Origin: Azolla caroliniana
Taxonomy: Eukaryota; Plantae; Polypodiophyta
Length of the DNA stretch: 64,000 nucleotides
Reading direction: 5' to 3'
Assembly: GCA_043228905.1 (NCBI GenBank)
Contig: JBHGNT010000015.1
Coordinates: 12,462,001-12,526,000, forward strand
Part shown: one piece after another, positions 37,068 to 48,500 of the stretch
Layout: each line of letters begins with the position of its first letter
How positions within the stretch are numbered: the stretch's first letter is position 1
The notes under the pieces: model-generated
The model's input: only the letters and a program-made list of their open reading frames with translations
Told to the model about the DNA's origin: nothing
Database searches by the model: none
Position numbers and translations under genes: made by a program

Positions 37068-40000
37068 TGTCGCGTAATTACATGTACGTGTAAGGAACGA
37101 AGGTGTGATCGCAGGGGTCCTACACCGAGGAGTGTGAGAAAAGGGGAAAAGTGAAACAAAGAGCGCGTGTCGGGCAAGCGTTGGATGCCGGCAAGCATAG
37201 AGCTCAACAGGCTCAGTCTAGATCAAATTGCTGCAAAAGACAATTAGAAGAGAAAGAAACCCTCAATTGGTTAAGAACGGATTACAACCAGCTCGCCGGT
37301 AACTGAGCCTCTACTCTGTCGACAACACACGCACACACACCAAAGATGCCATACAACGTGGAGCCTCTATCGGGAGCACCAGAGCTTCCCACATGAACAG
37401 AAGCGTCCGGCAAAAGAACTGGACCTGCAGAGAACACCGATACAAAACGAGCGCTCGGTCTTGAGTCCGACAACACTCCGTTCTCCCCAAAACGTGATCG
37501 CCCCTCTCAGCCCTCTCCCCTGACCTTTATAGGCCCCTGAGGGAGGAGCCATCACATCCTGTAATTACATCATCTTTATTCACTGTTGCTTCGGACAGAG
37601 ATTTGTTTCGATTTGTTAATCTATTTAATTTGTCTATATCAAAGTCTGTCCACATCATGTACACATAATTTACAACTGCGTGCATCCATGTATGCTGTGG
37701 TTCACGTGCTCAGGTCTTCGTTTCCGCTCGTAGCCAGTTTTACTCACAACATCCACCAGTATGTGCCGAGAGGGAGAGAGAGATATCGAGGGAAATCGGC
37801 CCGCCCTCAACTGTTGCTCTCCGATCCGTCGCGCTCCCCGTCCTCGTTCGTTCCACCTAGGTTGTTGCTTTCTTGCACGCACCCCAGATCCGGCTCGTCC
37901 TCGTGCCATTTCTTTAACGCCTTGATCCGTTTTCATGCAACCGGTACTGTTATATGCATCCCGTCAAGCTTCGCAAGATGGTAGGTGGCGTTGTCGTTCG
38001 CACTGGTCACCACATAAGGCCCAAACCACCTCCTCGTGAACTTACGCGTTGCCTTGTGCTGATTGTCGAGGCTGCTATCGTAAACCAGAACCCTGTCACC
38101 TTCCTCGATCTTCTTCGGTCTCAGCTGGTGCGTCCGGTCGAACCGGTCTTTGTTCTTCTCCCTTGCAGCATACAACTTAGCCTTTGCCCATTCCACGTCC
38201 TCCGGCTTCCCCTCAAGCTCTATTTTCCCGTTCGTTTCCGGATTGTGTGCCGTAGTGAGGGAGAGTTTTACCCCTAACTATTCGGCCTCTTGTGCATCCA
38301 GCTCTCCCCGGTCAGCCATGATCTTCCCTATGCAACTATACCGGCATATCACCTCCTCGATCAGGAACCAGCACAAGACCCTCCACCTGGTTCTTTAGTT
38401 CTTCTTGCGTAAGCACCAAGTACCACATCTACCCTATTCCCATTGGCATTGTCACTAAGTCCACCATCAATTTGAAGTGGATGGTCGGCGGGTGGGTCGA
38501 GTGCAACTCGTCTCTCTACCAGATCCCAGAATGTATCTGGCAACTCTCGCAGGTCGTCACGAACTGGTGCACATCCCGATACATCCCCAACAACAAATAT
38601 TTCTCTTTTAACTTCTCAAATGTGGCTCAAGTCCCGGGGTGTCCAGCCCAAGGACTCTCGCGATACACTGACAACAACGCCTCCTGCTCTTCCCTCCTCA
38701 CTGCTACGTGGAGTGGAACGTCGTTACGCTTCTTCAGGTGCCTCCATATACTCCTGTTCCACAAGAAGAACCGGTACGCCTTCTTCCGGATACTGTTCGC
38801 CTCGTCCTTTGTCCATGCTGCGTCCAGTGTTAACGTTTTAAGAACCTGCCAATCCGGAGCCACTCCCCGTTGTACTCGTTCTGGTTAAACTCACTGAGTG
38901 CCGGAGTGCTCCCCTCTCTTGCCGCTATACAAGCCGACTCGAAGAAGTCTACACCGACTTCTTCGTCTTTGGAAAGCATGCCATCATCGTTGTTAAACCG
39001 CACTCTCGAAAGCATATAGGCCATGGCATTGTCTTTTCCAGAGATGTGTCGTATCTCCGGATTCAGGGACTTTATGTACGGGATCCACCTCAGCATAGCT
39101 AGGTCTGGAGTCGCGCATCCAGAAACCATACCTAGGATAGGTAGGCATTCCGTCTTGATTATTACCTCCGTCCCGATCAGATAGTCTTAGTTGACCTTAA
39201 TTGCCGAAACGATACCCCAGAGTTCGCGTTTAACTTGGGCGTATCCTCGCTGCCCCCCACTCAATACCTTCACCCGGAACCGGATGGGGAACCTCACACC
39301 GTTCTCATCCTCCTAATTGACCACCCGTACGATCCCGGTCGGGCTCGTGTCCATGATCACATAAACCGGGACCCCCTTTCTATACACTACTCTCTGGAGG
39401 GCCGGTGCCCTGGCTAGCGCCTTCTTTAACCTCCGGACCGACTCCGCGTGCTCCTCATTCCATTTGAATTTATGCCCCTTTTCCAACAACCCGTAGAGTG
39501 GTTCCGCGACGTGTTCCTAATGCGGAATCTAGATGTGGTAGAATACGCACGCACCTAGGAACCTCCGGACCTCTATAACCGACTTGCATTCTTCCTTCAT
39601 CACGGAGATGGCCTCCACCTTTGCCAGAGATGGTTTCCGGCCGTAAGGCCCGCACAAGTGTCCAACCACCAAGATTTCGGATTGCCCGAAAGCCGACTTC
39701 TCTCCGGAGAAGGTGAGTTGCGCACTCTCGAGCCTCCGTAGTACCTTCTCGTAGTTGTTGATGTGGTCCACCATGAACCTCCGGCATCCATCCGGCCCGA
39801 CCGATTCATCATTATCTTCCATTAGACATCCCTTGATCGGAATGTCATCCAAGAATGGCATGGTGATGTACGAGATGCAGTTCCTCAGCACCTTGTTCAT
39901 TGCGTTCACCATGTGCGCCACCAAGTTGGTCCCCCCTTGCGGTAGGATAAACATCCGCACTAAGCCGAGGGGAGTCCACATTGTCGTAATATCCTTACTG

Positions 40001-40163
40001 TCTACGGCTAGTTGGAATTGGTAGTATCCTGAGTACAGATCGCCAACCGAATAGATCAACCTTCCAGCGAAGGCTTCCGCGAACTAATCAATGGTCGGTT
40101 CGATTCCCGTGTTTTGAATGGTCACTTTATTGACCAGCTGCAATCTTGAATGAAGTGCAACGT
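37068..40163 (-). mobile_element. 3' half of a Ty3/Gypsy element (RT-RH-IN and 3' LTR), degenerate
   Basis: RT DLYSGYYQF, LPQGGTN, PFLDDI; RH HISGKDNAMA; IN Zn finger and RRWFGPY. The minus-strand LTR end is ..ACGCGACA at 37068; inner LTR boundary unresolved. Confidence 0.85.
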
Positions 40164-41240
40164 TGTCGTGAAGATTTTCGTCCATAGGGGGAAAACCGAG
40201 CGGAGTGAGCAAAACCGGGGTGTGCAACGTTGCACACGCACATGATGTTTTATAAAATATTAATAAGAACAAATGTAAATTGTAAGAAATGCACCACAAG
40301 ATTCCTAAAGTATAAATGTGATGTGCACTTATGTGCACATCCACATGAGAGAGAGAGAGAGGTACATAGGAGTACGAGGTGAGTAAGGGGCATAGTAGTA
40401 TGTGTGAGGAGTGGGAGTTAGGGCCCCATCAATCCCTCCTCCAAGAATCCAAGAAAATATCCCCCATTGAATGAAGGGGATATTTAGTCTCTCCCTTTTG
40501 TAACGGCTTCCTCTCCTTATGCTATAAAGGGAGAGGAAGGGGCACCATTGAAAGGGTTGCCTATTTTGAGTAAGAAGAGGTATACCACTTAGGTTGAGAG
40601 TATCTATTCGGTTTAGGGTTTCTTCATTTCTTTCTTTACTTATCCTATTAGGGTTTACATTCTACTTATGTCTTGAGTCCGGCCGACGCGGCCGTGGTTG
40701 TAATCGCATTGAGGCTTTCATGCCATAATATACGTAGCTTCTTAAATCTTGTCTCTTTCTACTTTCTCTACCGTGTTAATCTCTTCCACTTTGCTCATGC
40801 CCGTCTTCCCATCTACTCCCTAGTCCAAGAACCCCGTGGTCCCGCCTTATTCTACACGCACACACAGAATAACGCGACATATTTGGTGAACCCGACGTGA
40901 ATAGGCGGCAAGGGAGAAAGAGGATGGAAGAGAAAGACATCATAGAGGCAATGGCGAGGATGGTGAGGGATTTATGCAAGGCAAAGAGAAAGACGGGACG
41001 AGGCAAATGAGTATGATCAACGCGAGTTTGGTCTATGGGTAGCATCGGTGAAGGCTCCTCGGAGCGCAATGAATACATTCCGAGAGTTCGAGCATTGTTT
41101 TGCTCAACTCTCGGATCAGGATCAAAGATCGGTGGGGGCGGACAAGGTCCTACTATTTCTAAAGTCGATCGATGAAAAGGGGAGAATGGCCATTTTACCC
41201 GAACTCGAAGACGATGAAGGGGCGTACGGCCTCACCGAGG
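40164..41240 (+). mobile_element. Trp-primed Gypsy 5' LTR (40164-40879), PBS and gag fragment
   Basis: TGTCGTG..CGCGACA; PBS TGGTGAACCCGACGTGAAT at 40884; gag ADKVLLFLKSIDEK..ELEDDEG is homologous to the 27124 ORF. Confidence 0.85.
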
Positions 41241-42508
41241 CCGCGATTGCCGTCGTTCCCTTCCGGTCCGGCCCCCTCCGGTCTTTACCGTTCCGGTCCG
41301 GGATCCGCTTCGAATCGGTACCGTCGGTCTCCTTATCTTTTCGGAAATGCCGACAGTTGTTTTGGAAGTGTCCCGGCTTGCCGCAATAGAAGCAAGTGGG
41401 CCTCCCCCTTGACTTTGACCGTGTCCCCGACTTTTCCCGGTTCTGGGGGCTACGGTTCCTATGTCTTCCGTGTTCCGATTCGGTAAGGAGTGCCTTGGAG
41501 TCGGAGCTCGTATCCTTATCTTTCTGACGCGCCTCCTCATCTAGCAGGCTCGACTTCACTCTTGCTAGGGATAACCGTTTTCCTTTTGGCCCGGTGTTGC
41601 CCAAAGTGACAACCAACGTCTCCCAGCTATCCGGGAGGGAACCGAGCAGGAGTAGCGCAAGTACCTCATCGGCGAGAGGTACTTCTAATGAAGTTGCCTG
41701 GTGGATCAGCCCCTGGAAGGCATTCATGTGCTTCACCATGCTGGACCCATCTTGGTACCGGAGTCTTACTAGGTTCCGGAATACCGAAACCTAGTTAACA
41801 ACATTTTTGTTTTGAAACATTATGCCGATCTTCTCCCAGAGCTCATGAGCCTTGCTCTCTTCATTGAAGTTGTTGTACAGGCTCATGTCGATGAAGCACC
41901 GTATGTACGCCGTTGTCTTCATGTGCATCACCTCCCATATTGCGGCGTCGATTTTGTCCGGTCTCTTGTCCCCGAACTGAACCGGCAGCCAGAGGTCTTT
42001 AACCACGAGCATGTCCCTCATCTTCGACTTCCATACCGAATAGTTGGAGCTGGTGAGCTTGAACATGCCGCCAAACGATTCGTCCATATTTCTGTGTCGT
42101 TTCGCTCTGATACCACTTGACGGGAACTCAACGCTCCTTATGCGCAACGCTCGGCCACAACCGAGCTTAGGATCATACACAGAAAACGGAAAATGAAAAC
42201 ACGACACAAAGAGGAGAAGAGGTACACAGAATGTTTTCGTGGAAAACCCAAAGAGGGAAAAACCACGGCAGCCCACAGGCTGCAAACTATCACTATGTTG
42301 GAATGTACAAAACAGTGAGTTCTTCCAACATAGTGATAGTTTGCAGCTTGTGGGCTGCCGTGGTTTTTCCCTCTTTGGGTTTTCCACGTAAACATTCTGT
42401 GTACCTCTTCTCCTCTTTGTGTCGTGTTTTCATTTCCCGTTTTCTGTGTATGACCCTAAGCTCGGTTGTGGCCGAGCGTTGCGCATAAGGAGCGTTGAGT
42501 TCCCGTCA
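41241..42508 (-). mobile_element. Family B Copia 5' fragment (gag, PBS, rearranged LTR)
   Basis: MDESFGGMFKLT..CFYCGKPGHFQNNC; PBS 42104-42115. Confidence 0.88.
42118..42508. repeat. Long inverted repeat: 186-bp arms, 19-bp spacer
   Basis: Arms 42118-42303 and 42323-42508; about 4 mismatches. Confidence 0.93.
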
Positions 42509-45500
42509 CGATACTCTGTTCTAACCGCCGGCTAGCGAAGATACAGAGCTCGAGGTCGTTGCCTCTGAGTCTTTGTTTGTACCTTTCCTACAGAGTGATA
42601 GTTTGGAGTCTGTGGGCTCCCATGGTTTTTCCCTATTAGGGTTTTCCACGTAAACATCCTGTGTATCCTCTATCATTCTTTGTGTGTGTAAGTGTGCTCA
42701 CTCCCTACTTCCCATTTCTGTGTTTGATTTCCATCCAAGTGATTCAAGACTCAGTTGTGGCCGAGCAATATTCCACGTTATTCTTTACAAATTGGTATCA
42801 GAGCGAACAACACAGGAAGTGGAAGAATCGTTCGGCGGCATGTTCAAGCTCACCGGCTCCAACTACTCAGTGTGGAAGTAGAAGATGAGGGATATGTTGG
42901 TGGTTAAAGATCTTTGGTTACTAGTACAGTTCGGGGACAAGAGATGGGATAAGATTGACGCCAAAGTGTGGGAGATGATACACATGAAGACGGTGGCATA
43001 CATCTGGTGCTTGATCGACATGAGTGAAAAGAATGGCGTGCGGAAGAAATATAGGAAAACCGAACAACAGAAAACGCAGGTTTAATGGAAAGCTTAGGTT
43101 TTTACAGTACGCACAGGAGAGACAGAGAGAGAGTAACACAAGAACTTAAATTCGAAAAATAATACTCAATCTGTACATAGGATGTGCTCAGTGAGCACTT
43201 TTATACAAGCCCTGACAATGGGCTGACACAAGTACTGACAGTACTTGACTGCTCATAAATGAGCCTCGACACTTACTCCCAAAACTATTCCTTACGAGGA
43301 ATATCTTTCTAACGGCATTTCGGTTTACGCACCGATACAGCCTTTCTACACACCGGTTTTGTGCACCCAATCTACGCACTGGTTACGCATCGTATTACGC
43401 ACAAATGTTGAGCTTGTCTCTCACACTCCCCCTCAAGCTCAACTTGAGGTTCCGCCTGCTCTGTTGGACCTACGCTCCGGCTTCTCCTAGCTCCACGCCT
43501 CGCTCGCGCTCCTCGGCCTGTTCGACTCCGCGCGCTTCGACCCTTCTGGCCGGCTTGTCTGCTCCCACGGTCCTTCACAAGTCCCTTGCTGTCGCGGTGT
43601 TGGCGCTTCTCTTGCTGCCTTCTTTTCCGCTTGGCCCTCAGTTGATCCAGTGTATTTGAATCAAACATCTGAACCAACTCGGCTACCTCCGATCGGTTTT
43701 CGCTCTCGTCCGAGTTGGCTGTCTCCAACTCGTCTCCGGTCTTCTCGCCTCCCCCATGCCTGGTTGGCTTTGGCTCTTTCTTTCGGTTGCTCCCCTTGTG
43801 TCCGCTTTCGGACTCTTTCGCGGATCCGCTCTCGGTTTCTTTAGCCGATCCGAGGTCTTTTCCGCTCCTTTCCTGCTCCCTTTTGTGGTCATCTGGGACG
43901 TTTCTCCCCCTCAAGTTCGGCACGTCGAAGTGACGCAACCCAAGCGCAACCGAAAATTGCCGCAACTTGTCAAGAACAAGAGGCTTGGTGAAGATGTCGG
44001 CGGTCTACCGATCCGTCGGAACATATTGAAGTTCGACTTCACCAGAAAGGACACACTCACGAACAAAATGGTAGTGCACCTCAATGTGCTTGGTTCGTGC
44101 GTGGAAGACGGGGTTCTTCGCAAGTTGGATGCTGCTGAGGTTGTCGCAGTAGATCGTCGTTGGATCGGACACCTCCACCTGCAAATCCTTAAGTAGCCGC
44201 TTCAACCATATAGCTTCGCATGTTGCGACAGCCGCTCCTCTATACTCGGCTTCGGTGCTCGACAGTGCAACTGTCGGCTGCTTCTTGCTACTCCACGCTA
44301 TCGCGGTACTCCCAAGAGAGAACGCATGTCTGGACGTGGATCGACGATCGACGACATTGCCGGCCCAGTCGGCATCAGTGTAGCCGACCAACTGTGGGGC
44401 TGTATCGGTCCGATATAGAAGTCCGCGGTCCTTAGTGCCTCTTACGTACCGTAGTACGCGTTGCGCACACTGAAAGTGCTCCTCGGTAGGTCGCGCCATG
44501 AACTGACTGATCACCCCGACCGGATAACTAAGATTGGGTTGGGTGATGGTCAAGTAGATAAGGCTTCCGACAACTTGTCAGAACCTTGTCGGATCGCAAA
44601 CCTTGCCGAAATTGGGGCAAAGCTTGACAATTCTGTCCAGAGGAGTCGAGACGGACTTACAGTCTGCCATCCCGAATTTGAAGAGCATATTCAGCGCGTA
44701 ATGACGTTGGCTGATTAGTATGCCTTGAGGGGCGCGGATCACTTCGATCCCGAGGAAGTAATGAAGGTCCCCCAGATCCTTCATGTCGAATGATGCCGCA
44801 AGCTGGAGCTTCACGCGGTTGATCTCACCTAGGTCGGCGCCGGTGATGACCAAGTCATCAACATAGAGTAAGATACTAATCGGCCCGAGTCGACCTTTCC
44901 GAATGAACAACGAGGAGTCTGATTTTGACGTCACAAAGCCCATCCGACGCAGTCGATGCGTGATTTTTGCATTCCAGGCACACGGGGCTTGCTTCAGTCC
45001 GTAAAGGGACTTCTTCAATCAACATACTGCCGATGTGTTCGGTCCGGAGTGAAATCCGGGGGGTTGTACCATGTACACTTGGTCCTCAAGCTCACCTTTG
45101 CAGGAATGCATTCTTTACATTCATCTGATGTAGGTGCCACCCCTTGGCCGAAGCTACTGCAAGCAAAACACGGACGGTCGTTATCCAACACCTTCTTCTT
45201 CCCTTTCTCTTCGCGCGTAAGCCGTCTCCTCGGCTTCCTACATGGGGAATGCATGGCCGAGTCTCTACTACTCGTCGGCTCTTCATCAGACTGGTCGTAC
45301 CGACTCAGTCGTCCATTCGGTCCACTTAACCAAAATGAAATCGAACTCTCTTCGGGGGTTCCGATTTCAGGCTCAGCCGGAGGCACCTCGGCCTCGCTGT
45401 CCTCATCGTCAGAACTCGGATTGGAGGTGAGATCCGGAGTCGGAGGCAAGTACCAGGACACGGACTCATCAAACACAACGTCGCGGTTGTTTGGTACGCG

Positions 45501-48500
45501 GGTTATAGCACTTATAACCATTTTGCTCGTCCGAAAAGCCGACCAAGATACACTTCTCGGCTTTTGCGTCCAACTTCCTCCTTTTCTCCTTCGGCACATG
45601 TACATACGCAATGCTACCAAAAACTCGTAAATGTCGCAAGTTCGGCTTTGTTCCAAAGTATAGCTCGTGCGCCGACACTTTTTCTCCGATCCGGTTCTGG
45701 ATGTATACCGTAGTTCTTACCGCCTCGGCCCAATAGAACTTGGGCAAGCTCTTCTCCTCCAGCATTGCGCGTGCAACTTCCACAACCGACTGATTTTTTC
45801 TCTCGGCCACGCCGTTTTGCTCTGGCGTGTATCTACAACTGATTTCGCGCTGAATTCCCATCTGTTGTAGATAACTGTTGAATTGACCGGAAAAGTATTC
45901 TTTTCCACCATATGACCGCAGGCACTTGATCTTTCTTCCTGTTTCCGTTTCCACGAACCCTTTGAGGTCCCGGAAACAGTCGAAGACTTCGCTTTTCCTC
46001 TCAATGAGGTAGATCCACGTGTGCCGCGTGTAGTCGTCGATGAAGGAGACAAAATATCGGCTCCCGCCAAGACTAACGTTTTGTGCCGGCCCCCACATGT
46101 CAAAGTGTATCAAGTCTAGCTTGTTCCGGCTCCGGTTACGCTCGTTTGGGAAAGGAAGTCGATGTTGCTTCCCAACCTGGTAGGCTTCACAAATTTGTGC
46201 CTTCCGGCCACTAAATTTGGGTAATCCAAACACCACTTGTTTCGATTGCAGGTCTTGAAGCCGCTGGTAGTTGATGTGGCCTATCCGTTTGTGCCATAAG
46301 TCGATGTCCGACTCGACTTTTTGTCCCTTCGCGAACATTGCAGTGCCACCGTCAGTAGTGCCTCCCATCTCCGCGCCCTTGCACAATAATACGGCCTTCT
46401 TCCTCAATGAAGCACCCAAGATGCGTAAACCGAACCTGCATCCCCTGGTCGACGATCTGCCCGACCGACACCAGATTCTTCGTGATAGGTGGGACATGTA
46501 ACACGTTCATAAGCTTCCCTTTCTGCCCTACATGGCTCAAGGGAACTTCACCGACATTCACGATCAGATGCGGAGTGTCGTCTCCAGTTGCGACTACTCC
46601 TGGTTGTGTCGGTTTCTCAAGGTATGAGAACCACTCCTTGTGGCACGTCATGTGGTTTGATGCGCTGGAGTCAACATACCACACCTCGTCTGATTTCGGG
46701 GTGGACTGTTTCATTGAGTTTGCTTCGTGTCTCATCACGAAGACTGACCCTTTTCCGGCTTTTTTGGATCCTTCGGCGTAGTGTGATCGCTGCTGATTTC
46801 CTTTCTCGGTATGTCCGGAACCGGACCTCTTCGACTCGGCGCGCTTCTTCCAACACTCGCTCTCCCTGTGGCCTTTCTTGCCACAGTACTAGCATTCCGT
46901 GGCGGATTTCCCTTTCTGGTTCTCGTTGCCTCGACTCCCCCTATTTCCGGAGGGTCCTGAATTGCTGTCGGCATCACTTCGATGCGTTCTTCCTTGATCC
47001 CGTCGGCCGCTTCCATTGCGTACCGACTCGCCTCGTCCGCCACGACCATGGGGCCTTTCTCCCATTGTGTACAACATCTTGCTGTCGGTGTGCGTGCTCG
47101 TCGACGCACCCACGTGGTTCTCCTCTACCAGGAGCATCGACTGTAAGTCGAAAAAGGATGGCGTATTCTCCCGGGTACACACTGCAGTTCGGAACGCCCC
47201 GAACTTCGACGCCAAACCTCCGAGACAGACCTGGACCATCTCGCTTTCCTCGATGTTCACATCGATGGAAGCTAAGGAGTCGCATATGTCCTTAATCTTC
47301 GAGGTATAGTTAGCCACCGACAAATCGCGTTGTCGTAGGTTGCTCAACTCCTGTTGAAGCTAAAGCTTCCTAGCTGTGGTGCTGCCGGTGAAAATCTTCT
47401 TTAGATTTGCCCATGCACCCTTCGGCGTTTTTGCATCCCGAACGTAGCTTAGCAGCTGTTCACCCACACAAGACGTGAAGCAGTATAGCACTCTGCTCGC
47501 CGATTGTTCCCACGCCGGGAAGTCTTTGTGTGTCGAATCGGGTGCTGTGTCATTTCCTCCATCGACATAGCTCCAGTAACCATGTCCGAGGAGGTACTGG
47601 TGCATCTTGTAGGAACAAGACGCGTAGTTGGTTCTGTTGAGCTTCTCCGTTGGAAGCGAGCTAGCCATTCCTCTGTCCATCGGTTTTCTTGTTCTTCTTC
47701 GTTGGTTTTTCCTTCAAGTAAAGTCAGCTGTAGAGGTTCTCAACCCTCTCGCTCTGATACCATGAAAAAGAATGGCGTGCGGAAGCAATATAGGAAAACC
47801 GAACAACAGAAAACGCAGGTTTAATGGAAAGCTTAGGTTTTCACAGTACGCACAAGAGAGATAGAGAGAGAGTAACACAAGAACTTAAATTCGAAAAATA
47901 ACACTCAATCTGTACATAGGATGTGCTCAGTGAGCACTTTTATACAAGGCTTGACAATGGGCTAACACAAGTACTGTCAATACTTGACTGCTCATAAATG
48001 AGCCTCGACACTTACTCCCAAAACTATTCCTTACGAGGAATATCTTTCTAACGGCATTTCGGTCTACGCACCGATACGGCCTTTCTACGCACCGGTTTTG
48101 TGCACCCAGTCTACGCACTGGTTACGCATCGTATTACGCAGAAATGTTGAGCTTGTCTCTCAACACTCCCCCTCAAGCTCAACTTGAGGTTCCGCCTGCT
48201 CTATCGAACCTACGCTCCGGCTTCTCCTAGCTGCACGCCTCGCTCGCGCTCCTCGGCCTGTTCGACTCCGCGCGCTTCGACCCTTCTGGCATTTCGGTCT
48301 ACGCACCGATACGACCTTTCTACGCACCGGTCTACGTACCGGTTTTGTACACCCAGTCTACGCACTGGTTACGCATCGTATTACGCACAAATGTTGAGCT
48401 TGTCTCTCAACAATGAGCCTGTACAACAACTTCAATGAAGAGAGCAAGGCTCATGAACTCTAGGAGAAGATCGACATCATGTTCCAGAACAAGAATGTTG

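Noticed and set aside
42138-42488. Mirror-image 85-aa ORFs on both strands
   Set aside because: A by-product of the inverted repeat in non-coding LTR sequence.
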